From an uncultured delta proteobacterium (GTDB lineage: Bacteria; Desulfobacterota; Desulfomonilia; Desulfomonilales; Desulfomonilaceae), in the NCBI GenBank assembly GCA_963789265.1, contig CAWBKB010000001.1:288001-352000 (forward strand): a DNA stretch of 64,000 bases. The letters run 5' to 3'. The translations under genes were made by a program, and so were the position numbers. Under the pieces are notes generated by a model. That model saw only the letters and a program-made list of their open reading frames with translations, ran no database searches and was not told where the DNA came from. Shown piece by piece: positions 35,204 to 45,958 of this stretch (positions are counted from its first letter, which is position 1; each line of letters starts with the position of its first letter).

Positions 35204-35941
35204 TTAAATCTCCATCGCTTCCCGGATCATCCGTCGAATATAGGCGTGAACCTTGGACCGATGGCTCGTGATTTTGGGCATACATGAGTCAAGGAGCGAG
35301 CACTTTTTGCATTTGTTCTCGTACTTGGCCTGAGGCGTTATACCCGATCGCATTATCTCGTGGAGCCGCAAGGCAGTGGTGACCGTTTCAGATCTGAGAG
35401 CCGCGTCGAACTCCACTTCCAGTCTCCTTGCAGTTTCTCCAAAGAAGATTGCCCCGCGCTCCACCCTGACTTCGAGCATCTCCTCCAAGCACATTGCCTG
35501 AGCGCAGACCTGCACCTCGAAGCTCCTATTCGAGCGCAGTCGGCCGCGCTTATACTCCACGGGATAAGGACGCCACTGTCCTGTGGCGCCAGGCAGACTG
35601 ACGCTCCTAGGTTGATCATCGACTGACGTCTCTGCCGCAGACACTCCCACTCGGTGGAATTCCACTACGTCGGCTTTACCTGACAGGCCGAGTTGAAGCG
35701 AGCGAATCAAAAGCCCGCGGGCTATGCGAAGATCCCCGCGTACCTCCGTTTTTGTAAGGCTGTGGACTCGCTCATGTCCCACCGTGCCTTCGGCAGTGAA
35801 CACATTGTCGCCCCACAAACCCTCAAGATGCACCAGTGCCGCACGACGTTCGCAGAAACTCAAATGCTGTAACCCGGATAGGGGCAGGATAGCTTCTTCG
35901 CTGAACCTGAAACTCGCTCCAACATTATACGATTGTACCAC
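35204..35941 (-). CDS. cas4: Cas4
   Basis: SGLQHLSFCER, GKADVVEF, PVEYKRG, QVCAQAMCLEEM, CKKCSL...C; start uncertain. Confidence 0.93.
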   Translation of the reverse strand: MVQSYNVGASFRFSEEAILPLSGLQHLSFCERRAALVHLEGLWGDNVFTAEGTVGHERVHSLTKTEVRGDLRIARGLLIRSLQLGLSGKADVVEFHRVGVSAAETSVDDQPRSVSLPGATGQWRPYPVEYKRGRLRSNRSFEVQVCAQAMCLEEMLEVRVERGAIFFGETARRLEVEFDAALRSETVTTALRLHEIMRSGITPQAKYENKCKKCSLLDSCMPKITSHRSKVHAYIRRMIREAMEI

Positions 35942-38127
35942 AGTCCTCGTGCCTCAACTTCTCCAGGTACTCCTGCCATGTAGCCGAGAAAATCGTCATA
36001 CAGTAGCTTCCAGCAGTACAGATCACGGAACCCCGCAACCTTCGTCAACGCGTATTCGACTTCCCTGTAACGCCAGATTTGAACGCTCAATTGCTGAAAA
36101 ATGCTGGTGTCCACTTGCTCATGCTCTCTAAGTTTTTCTAGCAAATCTTGGTCTACAACGGCTGTAACCGTATCGGAATCAATGACGGTGAAGTTCTCGG
36201 AGACAACGGGGAATTGCAGATTTCGTTCCGCCTTCGAAATTACATCAGAAATATCTCTCAGTTCCTGTTGCCGCACTTCCCGTCGCATAGCTTCAGTCGA
36301 TGCTTCGGCACACACTCTTCCTTCGTCAAACAGTTCCCCCAGAATCCTGGCGGGGACATCAAAGCCAGGATGCCTTTTGAGAAACCCGCCATGCTTCAAC
36401 TCGAAATCCCAGACGGTAGAATCGGGGTATTCTCCCTCTCGGCTAACGCGACCTCCCACTTGAATTAAGCTGTTGAGGCTGCATCGCTCCCGTAAGGCGT
36501 TGCGAAAAGACAAATTAACACCCGCTTCCACGCAAGAGGTGGCCACTAGCGTCCAATCATCATCTGCGAGAGCGTACAGACGTCTCTTGACTCGATCAAG
36601 AGTGATTTTTCGGTCCCGAGGGCAGAGCGATGTTGACAAATGTTCCACCTTGTTTCGACCACAGCGTCGGTCGATGTCTTTGGCCAGCACTGCGGCGGAT
36701 TGGACCGTATTGACAATCAAAAGCCGAGGGCCAGCTATCTCTGGCAACCATCGAAGCAGGCTCTCCTCACTCAATAAATCAGCCCTGGATTGGTATGTTA
36801 CGCGTCGCTTTTCATACTTTGAGAGTTTGGCTTTGATCTCTGCAGGAACGAGTTCGGGCAGGTCGACAGGCCTTTCCGAGAACTCCTGAAGTTGCCAGAA
36901 CCTATTCAGAGAACCAGAACCGAGCACGAAATGGCAACCCCAATCCGATTCCAACTCGCGTAGCCACTCCCATGCCTGCGGCCACAAATGTGTTGGAAGA
37001 GCCGCGTGGGCTTCATCGATGAAGACCGCTGAACCAGGCAGTTGATGGAGTTTGCGGAGACTGCCAGGACGATTTGCCGCTAAAGTTTCGAAAAACTGGA
37101 CAGCAGTGGTGACCACGATGGGGGCTTTCCATAGAAACGAGAGATGCCTCGATTCAAGATCTTCGAATTCTGCTTTGTGATGATGCGCTGCAACAACATC
37201 TGCTTGCAGCTCATTAGGTCTTACTAAGGCACGGCGGTATACCTTTACCGACTGATCAATAATGTTGGTGAAGGGCAATACCACGAAGATCCGACGAAGC
37301 CCTTTCGCTTGGGCAGCATGAAGAAGGTGAGCCATCACAGCGGTAGTCTTGCCAGTCCCTACGGCGCTGTCACAAGCATAAAACCCGGGACGAGGATCAG
37401 CATTGCTGCAGGCCTGATAAACTTCGCGGCGAAGAACGTTGCGCTCATGTTCCTCTTCTCCCAGGCCACTGACATACTCATTCAATAGCGTCAGGCGATA
37501 ATCAGGGTTTAGCGGTGGACCACAGCGCGAGACGATCTTGCCCTCGTGCCTCGCACTATCGTAATGGTCCGCATCGACCAGACATGACAGGGCCACACGA
37601 TAGGCGAGCGAAGGGAGGGGCGAGGGCCTGCTAGGGGACATGTAGTCTTCTTGATGAATCAGCATACCAACGGCTTTGTCGTGTGTCCCCAGATAATTAT
37701 GGAGGCGCTGGTCTGTAATAGATTTGATGTTCAAGTCTCTGAACACTTTGCCCGGCCCATTCAGACGCTGATCCTGAAAATCGGGCAATCCTTTATGATG
37801 GGAGTAAACGGCACAAGCGGCGAGCAGGTTGTTAATGCTTGGCTCAAAAAGGCGTGCAACGCCCGCGTCCACATGATTGATGGGCAGTCTTTTTGCCCGG
37901 AATGCCGACGCCAGTACCTTTTGATTCGCAGGCTCCAACTTCCCTAAATCATGAAATTGCGCCGCAAGACGGATAGCCTCTACAAACCGATCTGCATCGC
38001 CGTGCCAGTATTTCACTGCCTCAAGTGCATTTGTACAAGCGAGTTCTGTTACTCCACAGACATGGTCAGCGTAAGATTGAGGTGGAATGCCCCGCTGGGG
38101 GCGCGAACTGTGCGCAAGTGGTTCCAT
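35860..38127 (-). CDS. cas3: Cas3 (HD nuclease plus SF2 helicase)
   Basis: AHS, HDLGK, HH, LVDADH, GTGKT, DEAH, VEAGV. The 82-nt overlap with cas4 suggests a terminal indel. Confidence 0.93.
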   Translation of the reverse strand: MEPLAHSSRPQRGIPPQSYADHVCGVTELACTNALEAVKYWHGDADRFVEAIRLAAQFHDLGKLEPANQKVLASAFRAKRLPINHVDAGVARLFEPSINNLLAACAVYSHHKGLPDFQDQRLNGPGKVFRDLNIKSITDQRLHNYLGTHDKAVGMLIHQEDYMSPSRPSPLPSLAYRVALSCLVDADHYDSARHEGKIVSRCGPPLNPDYRLTLLNEYVSGLGEEEHERNVLRREVYQACSNADPRPGFYACDSAVGTGKTTAVMAHLLHAAQAKGLRRIFVVLPFTNIIDQSVKVYRRALVRPNELQADVVAAHHHKAEFEDLESRHLSFLWKAPIVVTTAVQFFETLAANRPGSLRKLHQLPGSAVFIDEAHAALPTHLWPQAWEWLRELESDWGCHFVLGSGSLNRFWQLQEFSERPVDLPELVPAEIKAKLSKYEKRRVTYQSRADLLSEESLLRWLPEIAGPRLLIVNTVQSAAVLAKDIDRRCGRNKVEHLSTSLCPRDRKITLDRVKRRLYALADDDWTLVATSCVEAGVNLSFRNALRERCSLNSLIQVGGRVSREGEYPDSTVWDFELKHGGFLKRHPGFDVPARILGELFDEGRVCAEASTEAMRREVRQQELRDISDVISKAERNLQFPVVSENFTVIDSDTVTAVVDQDLLEKLREHEQVDTSIFQQLSVQIWRYREVEYALTKVAGFRDLYCWKLLYDDFLGYMAGVPGEVEARGLWYNRIMLERVSGSAKKLSCPYPGYSI

Positions 38128-39000
38128 TTAGACCTCGCTCATGAGATCCCGCAAACAAGCTATCTTGCTCTTAAGATTGTCCGGTAAGGCAGCGGGAACT
38201 TTATATTCCTCCCACGTATTGGAAGGCCTTTCAGGATCGCCACTCTTCTTCGGTGTGAGGGCGGCAATCAGCTCAAAATCGGAACAAGACCCCAAAGGGG
38301 ATTTATGCTCAATGTACCATGCATGTCGGATACCGACAAATGGTCGAACATAAGACGCAGTATGAGCATAGGCGTACGGAATGATTCGCAGCAACAATTC
38401 GATGTCTTGTTTTGAACATCCCGTCTTTTTGGCTGCAGTGGGATTGATGAAAAAAGGCATGCAATAAACGCCATGCCGGACGATGCGGTAGGCGAGCGGA
38501 GCCATACCACGATCTTTTCCTTCCTGGACACCAGCTTTACTGGTGTTGGTCATTCGTTCAACCAGGATTGGTGCCACTGAAACTCCCAATCCAAATTGGA
38601 CCACTCCGGTCTTAATAGAAGTCGAAGCGCCCTGTTCCAGGAAAGTGTTACCAAAAATGCGGCCGTCCCAATACTTGGCGGCGAACGTGCCAGTCTTGAT
38701 TTCCTGCTCAATTTCCTTACGTTCTCTGCCGCGACTTTCCAAAATGTGATGCTGTTCCGCCGACAGAGGAGGAGAGAAACTGCCGGAAATTTGCTGCCAG
38801 ACTGGACCGTCTTTGTCTGCCACTAAATCGCGAGCCTTGCGCTTAAAGGATACAGGGGAGATCTCGCCGTTCTCATCGCTGCGCTGACGCGGATCACTCT
38901 CCTGGTTTGGATTGCCATTTGGATTTGAATTGATTACTTCAATGACCAACAGGCCTGTGGCCCGAACGATGGTCTCATCATTGTTGTCATGAACGGACAT
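38128..39000 (-). CDS. cas7: Cas7 (Csd2/Csh2-like)
   Basis: NSNPNGNP, ISPVSFKRK, DGRIFG, TGVVQFG; operon position. Confidence 0.85.
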   Translation of the reverse strand: MSVHDNNDETIVRATGLLVIEVINSNPNGNPNQESDPRQRSDENGEISPVSFKRKARDLVADKDGPVWQQISGSFSPPLSAEQHHILESRGRERKEIEQEIKTGTFAAKYWDGRIFGNTFLEQGASTSIKTGVVQFGLGVSVAPILVERMTNTSKAGVQEGKDRGMAPLAYRIVRHGVYCMPFFINPTAAKKTGCSKQDIELLLRIIPYAYAHTASYVRPFVGIRHAWYIEHKSPLGSCSDFELIAALTPKKSGDPERPSNTWEEYKVPAALPDNLKSKIACLRDLMSEV

Positions 39001-39409
39001 TTAAAACCTCCTTTTCTGGATTCTGGGCAGAACTGGTGTCGTCTTCTGACGCTTTGTCTTCGGATCGAGCGATATACCCCAACAGCATCTGGGCCTTATC
39101 TAAGTCATTTGTGCGATCTGACAAATCAAGCTTGGCGAGTTTGTTACAAACACTCCCCATCTCTTTGAGCGACCACTTGGCTAAACGAGAGTCATCGCCC
39201 TGAATCTTGTTTGCCCATGCCTGATAGATCATCAATCGCTCGCGTAGCCTGGCCAGCCCTCTCACGGGATTGTCGATCGCAGAAGGCATGAGTGCATTGC
39301 CGATCAGTTGTGGCGGGATGTCACCACTGCGCACATGGACGCAATACTCCTTGTGGAGCAGGTCAGCGAGCGCCAGAAGGCGCCCCACCAGAAACGGCGC
39401 GGTGTGCAT
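38987..39409 (-). CDS. cas11: Putative internally translated Cas11 small subunit (140 aa) within cas8
   Basis: In-frame ATG (MHTAPFLVGRLL) preceded by AAGGAG-tatac. Confidence 0.7.
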   Translation of the reverse strand: MHTAPFLVGRLLALADLLHKEYCVHVRSGDIPPQLIGNALMPSAIDNPVRGLARLRERLMIYQAWANKIQGDDSRLAKWSLKEMGSVCNKLAKLDLSDRTNDLDKAQMLLGYIARSEDKASEDDTSSAQNPEKEVLNVRS

Positions 39410-41133
39410 GTATACTCCTTTCGAGAGATTCTGTTTGTGTAGAAGTAACCCCAAGATGCTTGGCATAAGACTCGCTTGTTTTGAATCGAGTTTGGTCGTG
39501 CCGTCGCGACGATGGTCGGCATGGCCAAGAGCCAGGAATAGAGGCTTTGCGTTTGTTACCGCCAGAGATAGCCCCCGGCTAACTATTCCGCGCAAGGAAG
39601 CGTCGGTTTCCAATAGAAGTCCAACGCCTTCACCAATTCCAAGGCCATGAACATTGTTCATCCTTGTGCCCCCCTGAAGCCATGCCACGTTGAGACACCT
39701 GACTACCTCTGCAGGGAATGGAGTGATGGGCTCTATTCGGATTGGGTTGTCGTTCGACCCGATATTCAAACTGATGGGGGGTATGTTTTTGCATCCACTT
39801 CGCCATTTCCGTGCTCCTAGAATAAGCGCTTTCGCATCGTATTTTTTGCTAACCAGCACTTTGGTTCTGGCTTTGTCGGCCTTGGCGAGCACGAAGATCC
39901 TAATTTCCAGAGCGGATTGCTCCGCTACTTTCAGTTCAAGGGCTGATGTCACTCGTGCGGCAGCAGACTCAAATTTTGATCCATCCGGGTCAAGAGCCTC
40001 ATCATTTCTGTCAAAAACTCCAGCTAATTCAGGAGGGTCTTCTCCCAGAGATGACGGATAGGCAAAAAGTAGTCCTGGCACAGGAACATTCTTCCCGTCT
40101 CTTTTTGTAAATCCACAAGCCCCTGAGGCATTTGCCCAAGTCTTCCCCTCGCGCTCTGGCTCGCCAAGCCATTCCAAGGATTTCTTCATTGCCTCCTGCG
40201 CCCTACGCCCCGCAGAGAAGCTCTTGGAGCCTATCTCACCGTATCTTTTCTGGCACAGTGATTCCTTGTTCATGGCTCTTAGTATTGTATCGCCAATCAC
40301 GGGAAGCCTTACTGAAGGATATTTCTCTTTCAGATCTTCATTCGCTAGTGGCCAACCAAATGCATCCTTTCCAGACGGAAGCTGCTCCGTTCTGCGGCTC
40401 CTGAACGCTCCATAAGTGTTTCGTTGATCCATGAAAAGATTATTGAGTGATTTGCCGGATACGGAAAAGACGAGCGGTCGGCTAGCTCAAGGACAACCGG
40501 GACTTTTTGGACTTCTTTGATAGTTTTTGCTGGTACAACAAGAATATCCATCCAAGCGTCCCCCACTCCCGGGCGGTTTGGTAACTCGTTAATGATAAGG
40601 TGCTTGAGCGACTCTTGAAGTACGTCGACGTTCACCGAGGCCGAGCGCCGCACCAGTTCCCCGAATGCTGCAAGATCCGGGGGAAGCCGATCCACAGCCT
40701 GACCCAATTGCTCGGTCAAACCGGCAGATACCAGGCATCTGCTGATGCGAACCTTCTCATCATGTTCCCAAGCGGATGCGCATTCGTGCCAGAGCAGATG
40801 TACATGAGAAAGCAAAGCTGTGTTGTCAATCGGCTGGCGCTTAGCAAGCAATTTGAGGTTGTTCAAAATTTCGTTGGCCTTTTCGCTTTGGGCGTACAGC
40901 AAAGGGTTGATGTTAAATGCTGGAAATGAGAAGTTGTTTGAAGCGCCGTACTTCATGAAGGAGGGCATCCGTTCGGCCACAATTGGTTCAATGTCACAGG
41001 CAGTACCGTCGACCCCAATCAACACAAGGAAGCCCCTCATTTTTTTGCATTTCTTGTAATGGCGATGCCGAGAGGCTCTACTGACCCCCGCTGATTCCAT
41101 ACTCACGTTTAGTTCGAACGACTCATTTAGCAT
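38987..41133 (-). CDS. cas8: Divergent Cas8 large subunit, split by a frameshift near 40400
   Basis: Lies between cas5 and cas7; MLNE start; C-terminal FLVGRLLALAD.LH and MLLGY resemble Cas8c; 262-aa and 481-aa pieces overlap. Confidence 0.7.
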
Positions 41134-41767
41134 AGCGGAGGGTCCCCCTCTCGATTTTCACGTCCTGATCGTAGATCGGATTGTATTTGCACCGTTTGCC
41201 GGCTGGAAAACACGTCCGAAGCATGCTTGGAACGACAAGATTAATGTCAGTACAGACTAGGGTCTTCTCTCGAAAGTGTCCAACGTAGTCCGGGGTAAAT
41301 TCTTTCCATCCCATGAACGGGGTGGAGAAAAATTGCCCATGGTTCAGGCGGCGTTTAAAAACCTCTTCGTAAGCATGCGCACCATTGGTTGTTCCAACAT
41401 TCTGTTTTCCCGGCCGGCCATGATTGGCATATCCGTTTGGTTCGGACCTAACGTCCGCGTACAAGCGATAACAGACATTTATGAGGACGCTAGCGACGAG
41501 CTGAAAGCTGCCACCAGTTTTCATTATTTTGCTTTTTCTTAGCGGTCCCCCATAATTGGTTGTGTAGCTGTGGTATACGATGGGACGGCAAATCTCCACC
41601 TTGATGGGCACAACCTCTGCCCATTGGCTCCAAAGGATGCACTCGAACATTCCTTTGACCGCGCCCGACGTCGGAGCTGGATAGCTTACAGGGACATCCC
41701 CGGTGTCCGGCCGGGTCCACATGGCTGTGGGCCCTGAGACTTCCAATGCCACCGAGTAGTTTTTCAT
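41123..41767 (-). CDS. cas5: Cas5 (Cas5d-like)
   Basis: LEVSGPTAMWTRP, SYPAPT.GAVKG, L.NV.Y, PFMGWKEF. Confidence 0.85.
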   Translation of the reverse strand: MKNYSVALEVSGPTAMWTRPDTGDVPVSYPAPTSGAVKGMFECILWSQWAEVVPIKVEICRPIVYHSYTTNYGGPLRKSKIMKTGGSFQLVASVLINVCYRLYADVRSEPNGYANHGRPGKQNVGTTNGAHAYEEVFKRRLNHGQFFSTPFMGWKEFTPDYVGHFREKTLVCTDINLVVPSMLRTCFPAGKRCKYNPIYDQDVKIERGTLRYAK

Positions 41768-41879
41768 ATCAAACCTCCTCTCTTGGCAACAGGCTGCCGG
41801 CTTTAAGTATTTTGATCCCGTTATGAGCCGCCATTCTGGTGATCCCTCTGATTGTACTAGAAACGTTTGTCAAATACGG

Positions 41880-42908
41880 TCAAAGACGCGAAAGTTTTTT
41901 GGTAAAAACTTCGCGAACTGGTACGGACTCTTCGTATTTTGCTTCTGCCTTGCGCAACTCATCCCTTAATCGAGTTCGAAACGAGTCCGGCGCCAGCACC
42001 TCAGCCGTGGAGCCAAACCCGAGAATCCAGGACATGATTTCATAGTTGATCGGGACTTCTAGTGTGATCTCAAGCTCGCCGTTGCTAATCTCTCTGGTTT
42101 CCTGCGTCGGGTGCCATATTCGCTCACGCACTATATGGGAAACTTCCGGGGCGAACCGCACTTTGATCTTTTGAGGCTCTCCCCTCATCACGTGAAACGC
42201 GGTTTGAAGATACTCTTCTAACTTGAAATCCTTGGGGAAATGGAAAGTTTCGGTCAGGACCGAGAAGCCCTTGATTCGGTCCATGGCAAAGGTTCGGATC
42301 GTGTGCCTGACATGACAAAAGCCGATGAGGTAAAAGCCGCCGTTCATCACCCAAACTTGATAGGGATCGATCTTCCTTTTGGTCTCCCGGCCGGTTGAGA
42401 CAGCACCGTACAGGATTTCGACTCTTCTTTTCCCGGCCGTGGCCTCGCTGAGTGCCTTGATGGCTTCTTTCATCCCGGGCAGTCTTTTGGCCGGTCCGAG
42501 ACAGATTTTGAGCTTCCCGGAAATGTTCTCCACATATTGGAGGACCTCCGGCGCAAGAGCGGATTTAACCTTTTGGAAAAGAGACTCAATGCTTTCGTGA
42601 AAGATTGTCCCCTGAAAAATGCTGAGCAGGTCCCGGCTGATATGAAGAGCCATCAACTCCGTGGTGGTCAAAGGAAGAGGGAAATTTTGCTTGAAGGTGT
42701 TAAGGAGCTTCCAATAAGAAGTTTTGCCCACCCGCTCCGTGTAGATGGGAAAACCGGCTTCCTGTATGGCTTCGAAATCCCGGTACACGGTTCTCAGAGG
42801 GATTTCGAGTTCCTTGGCCAACTGGCCTCCGGTTATCCCTCGCTTGCGAGATTCGATTATCCGGAGAATCTTCCACTGCCGCGCAAGTTGGGTCCCCCTC
42901 ATGTCCAT
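41880..42908 (-). CDS. HTH-WYL transcriptional regulator (YafY/PafC-like)
   Basis: N-terminal HTH RTVYRD, IDPY...FYLIGFC...IRTFAMDRI, WILGFG..AEVLAP. Confidence 0.9.
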   Translation of the reverse strand: MDMRGTQLARQWKILRIIESRKRGITGGQLAKELEIPLRTVYRDFEAIQEAGFPIYTERVGKTSYWKLLNTFKQNFPLPLTTTELMALHISRDLLSIFQGTIFHESIESLFQKVKSALAPEVLQYVENISGKLKICLGPAKRLPGMKEAIKALSEATAGKRRVEILYGAVSTGRETKRKIDPYQVWVMNGGFYLIGFCHVRHTIRTFAMDRIKGFSVLTETFHFPKDFKLEEYLQTAFHVMRGEPQKIKVRFAPEVSHIVRERIWHPTQETREISNGELEITLEVPINYEIMSWILGFGSTAEVLAPDSFRTRLRDELRKAEAKYEESVPVREVFTKKLSRL

Positions 42909-43032
42909 ACCTCTGTTCAGCTATCGAAAGATGCGCTATGGAAGCGGCTGAATCATATCACACTTCTATAAATGATCGCAATCTTTAAATATTGCTACGC
43001 GATGGTCGGATTGGAAAAAGATGCGGCTTCGG

Positions 43033-43386
43033 TCATTTCTTCTTCCCGCCTTCATGCGGCATCAGGGCCTTCAACTGCTGCAAAAGAGCCGGCAGATCGT
43101 TCCGAATCGTCTTCCAGACGCGGCCCCAGTCCACGCTGTCGTATCCGTGCACAAGCCGATGGCGCATTCCGATGATGCTTACCCACGGAATATCAGCGTG
43201 GGTGTTTTGAAATATGCGGTCCACGCGGTTTGCAGCTTCTCCCAAAATGACGATCTGGCTGAAGATCGCCCACTGAACAGGTTCATTATTGATGAACTGC
43301 GCTTCGTTCAATCCGGAGGAGAGTCTTTGAGCCCTTTCGACGGCCTGAATCATATCGAAGATGGCAGCGTACGGATCATGCGGCAT
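43033..43386 (-). CDS. HEPN RNase toxin (DUF86/HepT)
   Basis: LGEAA, IPW, GMRHRLVHGY (RX4H), VWKTI..DLP. Confidence 0.9.
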   Translation of the reverse strand: MPHDPYAAIFDMIQAVERAQRLSSGLNEAQFINNEPVQWAIFSQIVILGEAANRVDRIFQNTHADIPWVSIIGMRHRLVHGYDSVDWGRVWKTIRNDLPALLQQLKALMPHEGGKKK

Positions 43387-43690
43387 AGACTACCTCCGCG
43401 GAATTGAGGATGGCGTCCCGCCGTATCGGATTGGCACTACGCTCAAGGTTTTTCCGGTCCACAAGGTCAACCTTTCGCCCAAAGAGCAGTGAAAACTCCT
43501 CCTGGGCCCGCGCAAGGTCCATAAGCGACCATTGCTCATCGGCATCGAACTCGGCCAAGAGGTCAATGTCGCTATCGGGGCCAAGCCGGCCGGTGCGAGC
43601 CGAGCCGAAAAGTTCCAGGCGGTGGATCTTCCACTTCCGGCATATCCTCTGCAATGCTTTGTCCGGGACTTCCAAGTCAGCAATTCTCAT
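43376..43690 (-). CDS. Minimal nucleotidyltransferase antitoxin (MntA-like)
   Basis: LFGSARTG...DSDIDL, GRKVDLV; overlaps the HEPN gene. Confidence 0.9.
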   Translation of the reverse strand: MRIADLEVPDKALQRICRKWKIHRLELFGSARTGRLGPDSDIDLLAEFDADEQWSLMDLARAQEEFSLLFGRKVDLVDRKNLERSANPIRRDAILNSAEVVYAA

Positions 43691-44242
43691 TTCTTCATGC
43701 CTTCTTTCCTTTTGTCTTCGTCCCGGGCACAAGTTGGGTCCCCCTCATGTCCATACCTCTGTTCGGAAATCAAAAGATGCACTATGGAAGCCCTTGAATC
43801 TTATCACATTTTGTAACTTATCGAAACTTTTAAGTACTGTTGAGCGTAACCATTCACTCTCGCGGGGGAAGAACCACGGGGCTTGTTTGTCATTGCGAGC
43901 GCAGCGAAGCAATCTCGTTGGATTTACTGGATTAAAAGAGAGATTGCTTCGTCACTTCGCTCCTCGCAATGACAGCTTGCCGCACTTAAGTGAATGGAAA
44001 CTGTTGAGCTTTTGTTGGATGGGGGAAATCCGCGGACAAAAAAGCATAATGGAGTGTCATTGCCAGGTCGCGAGGATTCATTGAGGCATGGAATAAAAGA
44101 TTTGGCGGCGACGGGCATCCTGCCCATCCCTCGGCGACAGGCTGGAAGCCTGTCCCACCAATCAAAATTAGTAACTGGCGGTGAGGTTCATCTGGCCTGG
44201 ACTCTGCTGCCCGTCAATTCCACCTCAGCTTCCAGACAAAGC

Positions 44243-44266
44243 AAAAACCCGGGACCGGCCCGGGTT
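44243..44266 (-). terminator. Intrinsic terminator after the mutase gene
   Basis: Minus strand aacccggg-ccggt-cccgggtt-ttt. Confidence 0.6.
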
Positions 44267-44296
44267 CATTGCAAATCTCATATCTGTCAGGAGAAA

Positions 44297-45958
44297 TCAG
44301 CACTGGGAGGCGTGACGGTATTCGCCAAACACTTCTCGAAGCACATTACAGATCTCACCCAGAGTGACTCTCTTCTTCACCGCGGCCAGGATTGGCGGCA
44401 TAAGATTATCGGTTCCCTGAGCGGCTTTCTTCAGCTCAAGCAGGGCAGCGTCCACTGCCGAGGAATCTCTTTCCGAACGCAGCTTTTGCAGGCGGCCGAT
44501 CTGAGTTTCTCGCACCGTGGGATCTACTCTCAACAAGCCGCTCGGCAGCGTTTCTTCTGTTTGGAAACGATTTACCCCGACGATCACCTGGTCTCCGGAC
44601 TCCACTGCCTTCTGGAAGCGATAAGCGGAATCCTGGATCTCACCCTCTATAAAACCGCATTCCACCGCTCTGACGGCCCCTCCCATTTCATCAATTCTCC
44701 TAATATAGTCTACCGCCTGCTGCTCTATCTGATCGGTAAGGGCCTCCACATAGTATGAGCCGGCCAATGGATCCACCGTTTCCGCGGCTCCTGTCTCATA
44801 GCCTATGATCTGTTGCGTGCGCAGTGCGATCTGCACCGATTCCTGACTGGGAAGTGCGAGGGCCTCATCCCTGGAGTTGGTATGCAGAGACTGGGTGCCT
44901 CCAAGCACCGCGGAGAGCGCCTGAAAAGCAACCCGAACCACGTTATTTTCAAGCTGCTGCGCAGTGAGGGTGCATCCGGCCGTCTGTGTATGGAACCTCA
45001 GCATCATGGCCCGTGGATTCGTTGCGTGAAAGCGCTCTTTCATGATTCTGGCCCACAATCGGCGGGCAGCTCTGAATTTGGCAACCTCTTCCAGAAAGTC
45101 CTGGTGTGCATTGAAGAAGAAGCTCAATCTTTCCCCGAATGAGTCCACGTCCAGGCCCGCGTCAATCGCCGCCTGCACGTAGGCTATTCCGTTGGCGAGA
45201 GTGAAAGCGATCTCCTGCACCGCGGTCGAACCGGCTTCGCGTATATGATATCCACTGATGCTTATGGTGTTCCACTGAGGCACATGTTCGTTGCAGAAAG
45301 CGAAGATGTCCGTGATGATCCGCATGGAAGGGAGCGGCGGGAAAATATAAGTGCCCCGAGCGGGATATTCCTTCAGAATGTCATTTTGAATGGTTCCTCG
45401 AACCTTGGAAACGTCCGCGCCCTGTTCTTCTGCGGCCGTGATATACATGGCCAGCAGAATTGCAGCAGGCGAATTGATGGTCATTGATGTGCTCACCGAC
45501 GATAGGTCAATGCCGGCGAAAAGAAGCTTCAGATCCTGTACGCTGTCGATGGCCACGCCGACTTTCCCCACCTCGCCGGCGCAAATCTCCGCATCAGAGT
45601 CATAGCCAATCTGGGTCGGCAAATCAAAGGCCACAGATAGACCCGTCTGCCCCTGCTCGATAAGGTATTTGAACCGTTTGTTGGTCTCTGCTGCGCTGCC
45701 AAACCCGGCGTACTGGCGCATAGTCCAAAAACGGCCGCGATACATGGTTGGCTGGACGCCGCGGGTGAAAGGATACCGGCCGGGTATTCCGAGATCTTTT
45801 TCAGGGTCGAAGTCGCCCAGATCCCAAGGCCAGTAAACCCGCCTCACGGGAAGTTCGGAGACCGTGGTGAATTGTGCTTTGCGCTCAGGTCTCTTTTCGA
45901 TCTTTTTCTCGATTTCCCCATCCCAGGTCAGCACCTTTTCTTTGAAGTTGTCCGGCAC
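44297..45958 (-). CDS. Methylmalonyl-CoA mutase, substrate-binding large subunit
   Basis: [59 protein letters not shown]. Confidence 0.95.
   Translation of the reverse strand: MPDNFKEKVLTWDGEIEKKIEKRPERKAQFTTVSELPVRRVYWPWDLGDFDPEKDLGIPGRYPFTRGVQPTMYRGRFWTMRQYAGFGSAAETNKRFKYLIEQGQTGLSVAFDLPTQIGYDSDAEICAGEVGKVGVAIDSVQDLKLLFAGIDLSSVSTSMTINSPAAILLAMYITAAEEQGADVSKVRGTIQNDILKEYPARGTYIFPPLPSMRIITDIFAFCNEHVPQWNTISISGYHIREAGSTAVQEIAFTLANGIAYVQAAIDAGLDVDSFGERLSFFFNAHQDFLEEVAKFRAARRLWARIMKERFHATNPRAMMLRFHTQTAGCTLTAQQLENNVVRVAFQALSAVLGGTQSLHTNSRDEALALPSQESVQIALRTQQIIGYETGAAETVDPLAGSYYVEALTDQIEQQAVDYIRRIDEMGGAVRAVECGFIEGEIQDSAYRFQKAVESGDQVIVGVNRFQTEETLPSGLLRVDPTVRETQIGRLQKLRSERDSSAVDAALLELKKAAQGTDNLMPPILAAVKKRVTLGEICNVLREVFGEYRHASQC

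Noticed and set aside
43994..44758. 254-aa plus-strand ORF
   Set aside because: It spans REP repeats and the antisense of the mutase gene
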